Shown piece after piece: positions 19,429 to 29,606 of a DNA stretch of 64,000 nt (position 1 is the first letter of the stretch; every line of letters begins with the position of its first letter). The position numbers and the translations under genes are program-made. The notes under the pieces were generated by a model. The model did no database searches, had not been told where the DNA came from, and saw only the letters and a list, made by a program, of their open reading frames with translations. The DNA is from a virus: IMG/VR virus record IMGVR_UViG_3300029776_000155; one strand, 5' to 3'.

Positions 19429-21956
19429 GGCCGTACCTCCTTTCTGCCACTTCGGGATGTCCGTGCGTTTTCTACCCAGCGGTCATGGCACTCTTCCACG
19501 AGTGTCAGCCTACGACCCTCGTCCGTATCGAGTTCCGGTAGCACATCCTTCAGTACGTCGATGATGTTCCGCTTGTAGTGCATCATCTTCTCCAAGGATA
19601 CGAGGTCGGCGTATATTTTCGTGATACGTGAATCCACTTCTCGTGCGATTTCAAGGCGGTCACTTGACCAAAGCAGGTGGTACACGTCGCTGTTCGGTAC
19701 TTCTTCCATAGGTTCTGTACGGGCATACTCGGTAGTGATTTTACAGTTGGGATATTCTCGTGCGATTTTCGATATGCGATTATTCACGATTTTAGTCTTT
19801 TCCTCGTTCGGCAGGTTCGGATCGAGTGTCAGTACATCGGCAACGTGCGTGTCTGTGTATGCCGAAGTCAATTCCCAACTGATTTGGATGATGGCACGAT
19901 GGATTTTGATACCCAGAAAGTATTTCGGCTTCCGTGCGATAGAAATAGTCGCACGGAACGTAATGATACCATTGATGTTCGGCATCGTCGCCTTACGGAC
20001 GAACGTATAGCCGCTCCATGTACCTCCGTCCTGCCAAGTGAGGCTGTAGGCTGTCTTGCAATCCTGCATGATGGCCGGTAGGCGGTAGTAATCATCTGTC
20101 GGCACATCGTTCTCAGCTTCCGCTTCCTGCTTCGCATCTGCGTACTCCTTCTGCTTTTGTTGCCACTCGGCAAGTTCGCTTTTCAGTTCCTCGATACGTG
20201 TCCGGTTGGAGTTATATTGTTGCCGGTAAGCTGCTGCGTCTTCCACGCTCGCCTCGGCAATTTTTTTCAGAAGGTCGGCGTTTTCCTTTTCCAAGGCACT
20301 AATCTGAGATTGAAGAACGGCAACCTGATTGTCCGCTTCCCGTATCAGTGCGTCCAGTTCTGAAAGGTCCAGTTCGTTCTCCGTTACCGAGGTCTGCATG
20401 ACGCACTCTTTGGAGTGGGCATCCAGTGAGCCGCCACACTTACGGCACTTGTATTGTGTCGAGCCTTGTCCCAGCGTCGCCCCGTCTGAACAGGTTACAC
20501 TGATGGTCACGCTTTCACATCCCTGCAATTTTGCGGCGTCCGTCGCCTGATAATAGTTCCGTGCATCGGATGCTATGTAATAGACATAGCCTTCCTCGTT
20601 GTCATTGAACTCCGAGAGGCGGGCATTGAGCTGCGCTTTGAACGTGTTCAGATCCATCGAATAGGAATCGAAGACATCCTCATAGACTACCTCCGTCCGG
20701 TTCCAGCTCTGTGTCACATGTATCTCGTAGGCGTATGCCTTCTTGGTCTGCTTGTTGCCTTTGCTGATGATGTAGGCCTGTTGTCGGGTATTGATAGTAT
20801 AGGTGTAACCGTCGTTGCTGTTGTTGAGCTGTTGTACTCGGCTTCTTGACCATCCGGCATACTGTTCTGAGTTGGCAAGGGCCTGCTCCCGTTGCAAAGC
20901 GTTCGGGTAAAATCCCGGATCGCTCGTATTAAAGCGTGTCCATGCGCCCCCGTTCAATATGCTGTTGTCGTCTGTCGGTGGGTAGTAGTCGCATAGAGAA
21001 ATGCTTCCTTGCTCACGCCGTGCGATATACCACCGTTGCGTGTAATAGTTCCCGACTGCATTGTCCATGTAGTCGGTCATCCACGATGTGAGGTCGTAGT
21101 TGCTGAAATTGAACAATGCGGCCACGCTATCCTGACCGCCCACCATGTCGATTAGCAGACTACCGATGTCATGTTCCGCCTGCTCGAAGAGAGTACCGTA
21201 GTGTTCATACAGGTTGCCGATTTCATTGGCTTTGCCGCCCAACAGGTCATGGAACGCACTGCTTTGCAGTAGAGCGTCACCGAGGTTCTCCATACCAGAT
21301 GTTGCCAGCCCTACGCCCATGTTATAAAGGTTGTCGATATCGCCTTTCAAGTTCTCGATGGTGAAATTGCCCGGCACTTTGGCCAAGTTGTCCAACATCC
21401 GTTGCCAATCGGTACCGCCCAGTTCTGCGAGGTTCAGCAAACTGGCGATGTCGCGGTCAATCTCCAGAAAAGCGATGTCCGAGAACGTCAGTGTGCTGTT
21501 GGTCACAACGCTTTCGAACTGCATACACAGGCTCTTCGTATCATCGCAGACTTTCATCAGGTAACTGCCCCAGTGGATGGCTGTTTGTGGTGAGCGTAGC
21601 ATCAGTTTCGCTACCACCCATATTTTCGGCATGATTTTCTCCGCCACCATATGATAAATTCGACGATAGTAGTAATTTTCCGTGCTGCTGCACCAGATGC
21701 CAAGGTCGGACAGAGCCTTGTGTTCCAAAAATTTGGAAGAAAATATCCCTGCTGCTGCCACCTCTGCCGCCGTATAGTGTTTCAGAATATCATCCACCTG
21801 CTCGCGGTAGTAGCTTTCAGCCACTACCTCCGTGCCGAATGCGGCGGCCATGGCCGCCACGGTACGTGCGTCATAGTTCACGCTGTAATATTGTGCGTGA
21901 ACGTGCTGTGTCAGGGCAGGCAATAGGATAACCCAAAAGATAAACAGCCGTTTCAT
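19425..21956 (-). CDS. large secreted protein with C-proximal coiled coil (unknown function)
   Basis: 843 aa. Signal peptide MKRLFIFWVILLPALTQHVHA. Heptad-rich stretch around LQSQISALEKENADLLKKI...ELKSELAEWQQKQKEYADAKQEAEAE. Not a recognised CTnDOT Tra protein. Confidence 0.5.
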   Translation of the reverse strand: MKRLFIFWVILLPALTQHVHAQYYSVNYDARTVAAMAAAFGTEVVAESYYREQVDDILKHYTAAEVAAAGIFSSKFLEHKALSDLGIWCSSTENYYYRRIYHMVAEKIMPKIWVVAKLMLRSPQTAIHWGSYLMKVCDDTKSLCMQFESVVTNSTLTFSDIAFLEIDRDIASLLNLAELGGTDWQRMLDNLAKVPGNFTIENLKGDIDNLYNMGVGLATSGMENLGDALLQSSAFHDLLGGKANEIGNLYEHYGTLFEQAEHDIGSLLIDMVGGQDSVAALFNFSNYDLTSWMTDYMDNAVGNYYTQRWYIARREQGSISLCDYYPPTDDNSILNGGAWTRFNTSDPGFYPNALQREQALANSEQYAGWSRSRVQQLNNSNDGYTYTINTRQQAYIISKGNKQTKKAYAYEIHVTQSWNRTEVVYEDVFDSYSMDLNTFKAQLNARLSEFNDNEEGYVYYIASDARNYYQATDAAKLQGCESVTISVTCSDGATLGQGSTQYKCRKCGGSLDAHSKECVMQTSVTENELDLSELDALIREADNQVAVLQSQISALEKENADLLKKIAEASVEDAAAYRQQYNSNRTRIEELKSELAEWQQKQKEYADAKQEAEAENDVPTDDYYRLPAIMQDCKTAYSLTWQDGGTWSGYTFVRKATMPNINGIITFRATISIARKPKYFLGIKIHRAIIQISWELTSAYTDTHVADVLTLDPNLPNEEKTKIVNNRISKIAREYPNCKITTEYARTEPMEEVPNSDVYHLLWSSDRLEIAREVDSRITKIYADLVSLEKMMHYKRNIIDVLKDVLPELDTDEGRRLTLVEECHDRWVENARTSRSGRKEVRP

Positions 21957-21960
21957 CGTT

Positions 21961-22599
21961 TCAGACCTCTTTTATGTATTCCGGTTCCTTGTGATTGAAA
22001 TACCACCGCTCAGATTCGATACAATTCTCCGTGACAAGTCGGCAGAACATATCATGTATGATGGTAGTATCCTTGATGGCCCTTTTGATCCGGGCTTCTT
22101 GGGAGCCGAACCATCTCAAGAAGAAAGGCTGGTTTAGATAAGTTTCGCGCACGGTCTGATAGCGTAGCCATCCTAAGTCACTCAGTCTTTTTTCACTCAT
22201 CGGACTGCTGTTCAGTTCCCGGAATAGTTCTTCACGAAATCTGTTTTCATCGAAGGCAGGTTTGCTGCTACACAGCCTGTCGCACATATCGTAAAACTCC
22301 TTTTCTTTGGGGTTTTCTTCATAATATCGGTTCAAGTACGTTTCCAGTTCTACATCGGACATACCCAACCGAAGGGAATACTCCGCCAATAGCCGTTCGA
22401 TGGCAGCTACCTTGTCCGGTGTCATGTCATCCATACGGAGCAGGTTCTCCTTGGATAGCATACAAAACTCCCGGAGGGACAAAACAGTGAGTTCCGGATT
22501 ATTGACAGAAATTTGTTCGCGCGTCAAGCTGCTTTCAAACCCCATCATATTTATTCCGTAGTCCAGTGACAGGGTGATTAAAATCCTTTTCGTTTTCAT
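21961..22599 (-). CDS. hypothetical protein (immediately downstream of traG)
   Basis: 212-aa ORF. Its stop coincides with the traG stop region. No domain recognised. Confidence 0.4.
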   Translation of the reverse strand: MKTKRILITLSLDYGINMMGFESSLTREQISVNNPELTVLSLREFCMLSKENLLRMDDMTPDKVAAIERLLAEYSLRLGMSDVELETYLNRYYEENPKEKEFYDMCDRLCSSKPAFDENRFREELFRELNSSPMSEKRLSDLGWLRYQTVRETYLNQPFFLRWFGSQEARIKRAIKDTTIIHDMFCRLVTENCIESERWYFNHKEPEYIKEV

Positions 22600-25310
22600 T
22601 ATGATGTTATTTTAGTGGTTAAGTTCAGTACACGTCCCGCTTCATTAACTTTCTGTGCAAACGGCAATGCCTTGCCGATACCGCTGGCATCCCAGTCACG
22701 GCAATATGCCTCGATAGCCTTTTGGTGGCTGCATTGTAGCTCGCGCTTGTAAAGTTTCAGAGCCTCTTTCTCTGCCCGTTCAGTCGTGTAGGTCATGTAG
22801 CACTCGTGCGGTTCCTCCACGCCATAAACACCGCTGGTCGTGCCCCGACGGATAAATACCTCGCGGAAGAAGCTGCGTCCTTCCTTGTTTTCGAGGCGGT
22901 TGATGGTGAAAATTTTCTTACAGTCCACATCCGTTAGGCCAAGAATCGCCTTGATGGTGTCGAAACGTTCCTTGAATTTGCTTTGGTCAAGCAGCATCAC
23001 CACATCCGAGTTGTTGATGATGGCCTCTTTCACGATTTCGCTGCCGATGATGTCCTGTATCTCCTGTGTCACCACACCTACACTGGCCCAGAATTTACGT
23101 GCCGTTTTGTACATAAATTTGATGTATTCCGCCATCAGCGGGCTGGCGATGGCTTTCCATGCTTCCTCGATGACAAGGACTTTACGGTTCTTCTTGATGC
23201 GCATTTTCTGCAAGAAAACATCCATGATAATCAGCGTGACCAAAGGAAAAAGCAGCGGGTCATCTTTTATACTGTCGATTTCGAAGACCACGAACGTCTC
23301 GTCGAACAGCGAGCTGTCCATGTTTTCGTTCAGCGTTTTTTCGTGGTTGCCGCCCAAATAAAAGTCCTTCATCATATAGCGGTATGTCGAGAGGTCGATG
23401 CCCGTGATACGGTTCTCCTCACAGATATCCGGGATGCGCTGCACGGAATATTCATAGAAAGAGTTGAATGACAGTTCCTCCACTTTCAGTTCCTTGCGCC
23501 GGCCCTCTATCTCGTCAATGATACCCTCGATGCGGGCCGCGCGTTCCCGTTCGCTTTCGTTCCGCTTCTCACTGCTGTTGCGGTCATCAATAACGAGGCT
23601 CTTACGCAAGTCCTCACGCTGTTGGGGGGTGAAGCTCTCGAAACCGTTGAAGTAGGCGTCGTAATATTCCGTGATGACGTGCTCTATCAGACGGTCTTCC
23701 GTCTTTGTGACTGTTCCCTGCGTACCTTTCCAGATAAGCAAGACGAGGTTTTTCAGGAATCCCGTTTTTTCTACGTTCATCTCTTCCCGATTGATGCGGA
23801 ACGGATTCATCGTGATGGGCCGTTCCTCGGTATAGCTGATATACTTGCCGCCGAAATACTCGCATAGCCCCTCGTATGAGTTACCCGTATCGACCATTAC
23901 CACGTCCGTCCCCTGTTCATGCAACTGGCGCACGACGGAGTTCATGTGGAAACTCTTTCCGCTGCCCGAAGGCCCCAGGCAGAAAAAATTCGAGTTGTCG
24001 GTCAGCTTGTTCTTTCCCTCTTTTCCCGTGATGTCGATAGCTACCGGAACGCCTTGACGGTCAGTGTAATAAACTTTTAGTGGTGTTTCCTCACTATGCT
24101 GCACCCGTTCCTTGTACATCAGGCATACCGCAGCGTCGGAGAGGGTCAGAAAACGGTCATATTCCTCGTTCAGGCTGTAACAGTTGCCCGGAAACGAACT
24201 GACGAACAGTTCCAGTTGGTTGTATGCACGCTTACTGATGTGTATGCCCATGCGCCCAAAAGCGTTTTCCAAGTGATTCGTGCATTTTTGCAGGTCGGTG
24301 TCCGCAGGCACGCCCACCACCATGTTGAAGTGCGTGTACACGAGCAGTTTGCTTTCACGGGCTATTACGTCCTGTACCTGTTTGATGTCCTCTACGGCCA
24401 TTTGGTTACTCGGATTGGGGATGCTTGCGTGCCGGTTCTTCTTTTTGTCGAGTAATGCCAGTTCCCGCTTCTGGCTGGGCAGGAAAATAATTTGGTTGTA
24501 CACCACCGTTTCTGCGTTCGGAATATTATCCACCACCGAGACAAGATCCACTGGCATCTCGGTATTATTCACCTCGATATTGGTATAGGGACGTATCAGC
24601 GAGGGGAGTGCGGCGCAATCCACGTCCACGAGGCTGTACACTTTACAGCGTTTGTCACCCATAGATACCGTTTCGTCGTCAGCCTTGACATTCGTCATCG
24701 AGACCATACGGTCTTTGAAGTTCATCGCAAAGTAACGGTCCACATATTCGCTTGCCTCGGCTTTGTTCAGGAATTTCACTTGTACACCGCTGTCGCGTAG
24801 TAGGTCTCGAACCTTATAAATTTTCACGAGGAAATCGCGCCATTTCTTGCTATCGTAAGAGAAAAGACGGCTCTTCTTGGCTTCCTGTGTGATAGTCAGA
24901 TAGCAAAGGCTGTCCGTGTACGGACGCCCATTAAAATAACGGAAGTACGATGCCGAGAGAAATTCTTGATTATGCTCCGGCTCGTTCGCGAACTGTTTCC
25001 TTACGAAGATGTCTTGTTTGTGCAAGGCATACCCTTCGCCCAGCGTCTGCGCAAGGGCAGAGAATAGATGCGTGAAGTCGTAATAGCTGTCAATGTCCGC
25101 TGAATACTTCTGTACCGGATTTTCGATTTTCAAGACGGCGGAATATTCGCCCGTCTTGGTGTACAGCACACCCACACCGTCTGTATCTTCCACAGAGAAA
25201 TAGATATTCTGAAAGATATGCTTGCGCTTGCCGCCCGTACCGAACGTATAGACTGACAAGGCCATACCCGTACATAGGGCGATGAAAAATAAAATGATAT
25301 ATAGGGTCAT
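22599..25310 (-). CDS. traG: conjugative transposon ATPase TraG (VirB4/TrbE-family)
   Basis: 903 aa with N-terminal TM. Walker A GPSGSGKS, a VirB4-like CagE/TrbE core and Walker B-like VLVIEEAW. Confidence 0.9.
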   Translation of the reverse strand: MTLYIILFFIALCTGMALSVYTFGTGGKRKHIFQNIYFSVEDTDGVGVLYTKTGEYSAVLKIENPVQKYSADIDSYYDFTHLFSALAQTLGEGYALHKQDIFVRKQFANEPEHNQEFLSASYFRYFNGRPYTDSLCYLTITQEAKKSRLFSYDSKKWRDFLVKIYKVRDLLRDSGVQVKFLNKAEASEYVDRYFAMNFKDRMVSMTNVKADDETVSMGDKRCKVYSLVDVDCAALPSLIRPYTNIEVNNTEMPVDLVSVVDNIPNAETVVYNQIIFLPSQKRELALLDKKKNRHASIPNPSNQMAVEDIKQVQDVIARESKLLVYTHFNMVVGVPADTDLQKCTNHLENAFGRMGIHISKRAYNQLELFVSSFPGNCYSLNEEYDRFLTLSDAAVCLMYKERVQHSEETPLKVYYTDRQGVPVAIDITGKEGKNKLTDNSNFFCLGPSGSGKSFHMNSVVRQLHEQGTDVVMVDTGNSYEGLCEYFGGKYISYTEERPITMNPFRINREEMNVEKTGFLKNLVLLIWKGTQGTVTKTEDRLIEHVITEYYDAYFNGFESFTPQQREDLRKSLVIDDRNSSEKRNESERERAARIEGIIDEIEGRRKELKVEELSFNSFYEYSVQRIPDICEENRITGIDLSTYRYMMKDFYLGGNHEKTLNENMDSSLFDETFVVFEIDSIKDDPLLFPLVTLIIMDVFLQKMRIKKNRKVLVIEEAWKAIASPLMAEYIKFMYKTARKFWASVGVVTQEIQDIIGSEIVKEAIINNSDVVMLLDQSKFKERFDTIKAILGLTDVDCKKIFTINRLENKEGRSFFREVFIRRGTTSGVYGVEEPHECYMTYTTERAEKEALKLYKRELQCSHQKAIEAYCRDWDASGIGKALPFAQKVNEAGRVLNLTTKITS

Positions 25311-25420
25311 TCCGATATTCGTTCATTAAATAGGGGCAGGTCTGCCTCGGCTGGAGACGGACCCGCCCGCGTTCAACAATCAATCAGCCACACACATTGC
25401 CGTGATGGTTTTTCTTATAG

Positions 25421-25774
25421 TCATACTTTGTGCGAATAGGCATACACATACACTCCACGTTTTACATTTTTACTGTGCAGCCCCTTTCGCTGTTTGAGGA
25501 TGATAAGCACGATTCCCGCAGATAAGACAGTTGCCAATACGACCAGTCCGGCCACAAAGCCCATAAGACAGTAAGCGGCGATGAAGCCCACAATGGCCCC
25601 ACCAGCTACGCCTGCCGCCCAATAGATGTAGCGACCTTGTAATCCCATCAGTTCCAAAGGCCGTTGCAGTCCTTTGAACAGCGGGTAATCCGGATAACGT
25701 CCGTTATTAGTCATTCCTCCTGGCAGTTTATGCGTTAATTCCGAAGAATAGAGGTAATGCTTGGGCTGCCGCAA
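25421..25774 (-). CDS. traF: conjugative transposon protein TraF-like (DUF4133)
   Basis: 117 aa. FKGL...GRYIYW motif followed by two TM helices, as in DUF4133. Confidence 0.6.
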   Translation of the reverse strand: MRQPKHYLYSSELTHKLPGGMTNNGRYPDYPLFKGLQRPLELMGLQGRYIYWAAGVAGGAIVGFIAAYCLMGFVAGLVVLATVLSAGIVLIILKQRKGLHSKNVKRGVYVYAYSHKV

Positions 25775-28590
25775 TTAGGAAAAGGCACGCCCCAACCACC
25801 ATCATAATCTTCTTCTTGACATCCTGTTCCTCGTTGTGTGGGCTAAGCACCCAGCGCCATACCCACCTTGCGGTGGGCGGTTTCCGAGTACTCGCCCCCA
25901 AACCGTACTTACATGTCTCCATGTATACGGCTTTCCATTAGTAATATTACTCTTTACCATAGTTCTGAATCATTGAGTTGCAATCCTCGCAGACAACAAG
26001 TGTCTTGCGATGTCTTTTGAGCATCAGTTTCTCCCACTCATTACAGCCTTTCAGCTTGGTGAGATTTCTCACATGGTGCATGACTACTTTTCCTTCCTTG
26101 CCACATAGTTCGCATCTGCCATCCTTCAACCTTTCTACAAGGCTTGGATATGGCACATACATGGTCTGTGGCAGTTTGTCATAGTCAACATCGAACTGCG
26201 CATTTCTCTTTTTGAAACCTTCATTATAGAAGACTCTGTACTTCTGTTTACCCTTAGCGTCATTGTACGGAATGACAAAATCCTTGTCCTTCTGATACTT
26301 TTGGCGAACCTTCCTTGCGGAAGTGTTCAGCTTCCAGCCAAGTGTCTTGAACATACTCATCTTCATGATGAAGGCAAAAGATGCACATTCTTTGGACACG
26401 TTTGTAGCAAGTGAATAGTAGTTGTAAAGTCCTCTGATTTCCGCATTGTATTGTGCAAGAATATCCTCGGGCTTCATTGGAGTCATATATCTGCGAGGCT
26501 TAGACCACCAAATGTCTTTGCCGTCAATGTTTCTGACCTCCAAAGCGTTGTATTCAGTGAGCTTCTTTTGTATCACAGCCGAGTTAAGGGTTAACACCAC
26601 TGCGCCGTTGAAGTCTCTTTTGAGTACTCCGTCCTTGTTCCTTTTCACTGCGTCTGACTTTCTGATGAAGATTTCATATCCAAGGAATTTTGCCTTGTCT
26701 TGTGCATGTGTTATCAAAGTTTTCTCGTCAGACAATTCAAGTTTGAGTTGTTCTCTCATGAATTGGGTGATGTCCGCTTTGATGGTCTCGCATTCAGACT
26801 TGCTTCCGATAACCGATATGAGGAAATCGTCCGCATACCTTACATACTGCAATCTTCTGAAGTCTGCATCCATTGCATCCTTGTGAGGAATGGACAGCAT
26901 CTGTTTGCTCAGTTGGGCAATTTCATACAGATAGCTTTTCCGCATCTGCTCATCAGACGTTTTCTGCAACTTCTGTTTCAGTCTGTTCTTCTTATTGTTC
27001 AAACGCCAGTAGTCGGGATTGATGCTGCGTCTGTCACCTTTGCGGAATTTGGCTGCGTACTCCTTGATGTACTTGTCGAACTTGTCAAGATAGATGTTAG
27101 CCAATATAGGGCTTACAATTCCACCTTGCGGAGTTCCTGAATACGTCTTGTTGTACTTCCAATCCTCCACATACCCTGCATTGAGGAATTTACGGATAAG
27201 CCTGAGGAAGCGTTCGTCTGATATGCGCTCACGAAGTATGCTTATCAGTACATTGTGGTCGATGTTGTCAAAGAAGCCTTTGATGTCTCCCTCGATAAAC
27301 CACTTTGCTCCCGCAAAAGACTTCTGTATCATACCCAATGCCGTGTGGCAGCTTCGGTGCGGTCTGAAACCATGTGAAGTGCCTTCAAAATGACCTTCAT
27401 AAATGGCTTCAAGCAGCAGTCTAACTACCTCCTGCACCAATTTGTCCTCGAATGAGGGAATACCGAGCGGACGTTTCTTGCCGTTCTTCTTCGGTATGTA
27501 CACTCTGCGTGCAGGGTGGGGTTGGTAACTTTCGTCCTTTAAGGACACAATCAATCTTTCAATCCTTTCAAGACTCATCTCGTCGATGGTCTTGCCGTCA
27601 GTGCCGGGTGTCATGTTGCCTTGTTTCGCATAAATGCGTTGGTAGGCAACAGCGAACATCTCTTCACTGAACAGATACCGATACAGCCGTTCGTACTTAT
27701 AATCCGAACTTTGACTGTGGTCACTTAGAGCTTTCAATACTCTTTCTGATTTTTCCATACGTCTTACACGTTTTCAAAATTTGTATTAAAACATTACTAA
27801 CTGTTCCCCTTCGCCATGTACAAGGCGTTACCTTGCTCGGACTACTATGGGAACTCCGTTACCATATTGGATATTCAGAGCCAAAACTCATAGCCACTTG
27901 CATGGCTTTCCAACTTAGGTAATCTCCGTTTAGCTGCATGATAACTATTAGCACGACAGATTGTCGGATACGACTTCCGCCCTTTTCTCCGCTTATTGCG
28001 GTTGCGTTGTGGCAGGTTCTTTGCTATAACACCAATGACGTTGTCTAAGTGCCACAATGCGACGTTTGTAAAAGCCTTCCGTCGCAGCTACATCTTTTGC
28101 CGCTGGGCTATCGTTCAATCAGTATGGACTTTATCCTCATATCTGTCTTTCTCCCTCGCAATTCAGTCGCAGTCTGGCTATTGACTGACTTATTGCTTTC
28201 CCAAAGTGCTATTTTCACCTTTAGGTTTCCCCTCGGGCTTATTTGGGTGGAAGTAGGTCACTTGAACCCTGACCTAACCTCTTGCAAAAGAGGTATTTAT
28301 CATGCAACCACTACGGACGCACTCATGGCGATATATACCGAGATTGCACCCACGATGGCCACAACGCCGGCAATGGCGTAGCACAATTTCACCATAATAG
28401 GCACATACTTGGCAATCTCCTCCGCGACAGTGGATAATGCGCTCGTACCGGCGGAATAGTCGCCTGCGGAGTTCTGCGCTTTCGCCACCATGCCGGACAG
28501 CAGCATGAAGGAGAACATCATTACTTTGGTAGGGATTCCGTTGACGAATCCGAATGCCTTGCGGCACAGTTGTTTGGTTTTCTGAAACAT
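25728..28590 (-). CDS. traE: traE-like (DUF4134) pilin gene interrupted by a group II intron. Exon 1 about 28324-28590, exon 2 about 25728-25835
   Basis: Exon 1 encodes signal peptide ...AKYVPIMVKLCYAIAGVVAIVGAISVYIAM. Exon 2 encodes NEEQDVKKKIMMVVGACLFLIAAAQALPLFFGINA. Joined, they align over the full length with the intact paralog at 28645-28971 (...IYIKMNTGEDGITKSIMTLVGACLFLIGA...FFGYRI). Confidence 0.7.
25836..28322 (-). mobile_element. bacterial group II intron (about 2.49 kb) with intron-encoded protein
   Basis: 5' end GTGCG at 28322 on the minus strand. Domain V AGCCGUAUACAUG-GAGA-CAUGUAAGUACGGUU at about 25901-25933, with a short hairpin and the CCCACAC 3' end after it. The RT-maturase-HNH ORF lies in domain IV. 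Boundaries are accurate to about 1 nt. Confidence 0.85.
25947..27758 (-). CDS. group II intron reverse transcriptase/maturase with C-terminal HNH endonuclease
   Basis: 603 aa. RT blocks PKKNGKKRPLGIPSFEDKLVQ, FRPHRSCHTA, FIEGDIKGFFDNIDH, QGGIVSPILANIYL and YVRYADDFLI. Maturase X region is present. C-terminal CELCG...HHVRNLTKL...CEDCN HNH/zinc motif. Confidence 0.9.
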   Translation of the reverse strand: MEKSERVLKALSDHSQSSDYKYERLYRYLFSEEMFAVAYQRIYAKQGNMTPGTDGKTIDEMSLERIERLIVSLKDESYQPHPARRVYIPKKNGKKRPLGIPSFEDKLVQEVVRLLLEAIYEGHFEGTSHGFRPHRSCHTALGMIQKSFAGAKWFIEGDIKGFFDNIDHNVLISILRERISDERFLRLIRKFLNAGYVEDWKYNKTYSGTPQGGIVSPILANIYLDKFDKYIKEYAAKFRKGDRRSINPDYWRLNNKKNRLKQKLQKTSDEQMRKSYLYEIAQLSKQMLSIPHKDAMDADFRRLQYVRYADDFLISVIGSKSECETIKADITQFMREQLKLELSDEKTLITHAQDKAKFLGYEIFIRKSDAVKRNKDGVLKRDFNGAVVLTLNSAVIQKKLTEYNALEVRNIDGKDIWWSKPRRYMTPMKPEDILAQYNAEIRGLYNYYSLATNVSKECASFAFIMKMSMFKTLGWKLNTSARKVRQKYQKDKDFVIPYNDAKGKQKYRVFYNEGFKKRNAQFDVDYDKLPQTMYVPYPSLVERLKDGRCELCGKEGKVVMHHVRNLTKLKGCNEWEKLMLKRHRKTLVVCEDCNSMIQNYGKE

Positions 28591-28644
28591 ACGTTTACTT
28601 TTTTAGTGAATACTTTATTTGTCTGCGACCTGATACAAGTAAGG

Positions 28645-28971
28645 TTATATGCGGTAGCCGAAGAAAACCGGGAAAACATAGAATGCCCCGATCAGGAACA
28701 GGCACGCACCTACAAGCGTCATTATCGACTTGGTGATGCCGTCCTCGCCCGTGTTCATCTTGATGTATATCTGACAGACGGACACGATGACGTAAACTCC
28801 GGCGATAGCGCAACAGATATACTGGACATAGAGCATCATCGTCACCACGAAGTCGTGCATCGTGGCCAACGCGTCCGCTCCCCAGCTATAGTTCACGCTG
28901 CCGCTTTTGGCAAAAGTCGTGTAGGGGAACGGGAGGCACAGCGCACATAGAATCTTTTTAGCTTTCGACAT
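28645..28971 (-). CDS. traE-like pilin paralog (DUF4134), intact
   Basis: 108 aa with signal peptide and C-terminal TM. Shares conserved blocks with the split gene at 25728-28590. Confidence 0.6.
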   Translation of the reverse strand: MSKAKKILCALCLPFPYTTFAKSGSVNYSWGADALATMHDFVVTMMLYVQYICCAIAGVYVIVSVCQIYIKMNTGEDGITKSIMTLVGACLFLIGAFYVFPVFFGYRI

Positions 28972-28972
28972 C

Positions 28973-29464
28973 TCACAACCGGTCTTGAATTGGGTTCCAC
29001 TTTATTTCCGGTCGGTTGTCTAACCGTCCCTTGGAAATCATAGCCTTGTACATCTCCTCCGACGTGCGTGCGTCCGACAGGTAAGGCGTGGTCTCTTCCA
29101 TCTGTTCCTCCGCCTCGGCCTTCAGCCGTTCCAGTTTCTCCTGCGCCGTTCCCTGTTTGTCCTTGACGTCCTCCTCAGGGGATGTTTCGGAAGAGGTAGC
29201 CGTACTTTCCGTCTCGTAGTTCTCGCTACCGATACTGAAGCCGGTCTCGCTTTCCGTGACAGCCACACTCTCTTCCTCTTCCGGTGCGCCGAGGTCGAAA
29301 ACTTCCTCGTTCGGTTTGTCCGTCCCCTTTTTCCCGTAGATGTCATGCGCTATGATGACGGCGTAGTAAATGATGTAGGCAACCGTCAGGACGATGGCAA
29401 AAATGAAATATGAGTTCATGTATTTAGTATGAATATTAAAATTTGTATTAGTATGATTTTGCAA
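28973..29464 (-). CDS. membrane protein, first gene of the tra operon (TraD-like position)
   Basis: 163 aa. N-terminal TM segment YFIFAIVLTVAYIIYYAVIIA, acidic middle and conserved C-terminus. Confidence 0.4.
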   Translation of the reverse strand: MQNHTNTNFNIHTKYMNSYFIFAIVLTVAYIIYYAVIIAHDIYGKKGTDKPNEEVFDLGAPEEEESVAVTESETGFSIGSENYETESTATSSETSPEEDVKDKQGTAQEKLERLKAEAEEQMEETTPYLSDARTSEEMYKAMISKGRLDNRPEIKWNPIQDRL

Positions 29465-29606
29465 AGAAACGCACGAAATATAAAACCATAAAATAATTGA
29501 GCATTAAACATCTATTTCGTTAATGAGATTTATGTAATTTCCAAAAATCGAACTATTAAATCGTACTATATTGCAGTCTCTATGGAGGGAAATGGAGAAA
29601 TCGGGG

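Noticed and set aside
22840-24800. Multiple 60-170-aa plus-strand ORFs inside traG, with similar antisense ORFs inside the T4CP, traJ, integrase and intron-encoded protein genes.
   Set aside because: They are antisense to long, well-supported genes with clear motifs. This is typical shadow-ORF noise.
25728-25922. 64-aa track ORF METCKYGLGASTRKPP...
   Set aside because: Its first about 29 codons are the translated 3' end of the group II intron (domains V and VI). Only the last about 35 codons (from NEEQDV) are coding, as exon 2 of the split traE-like gene.
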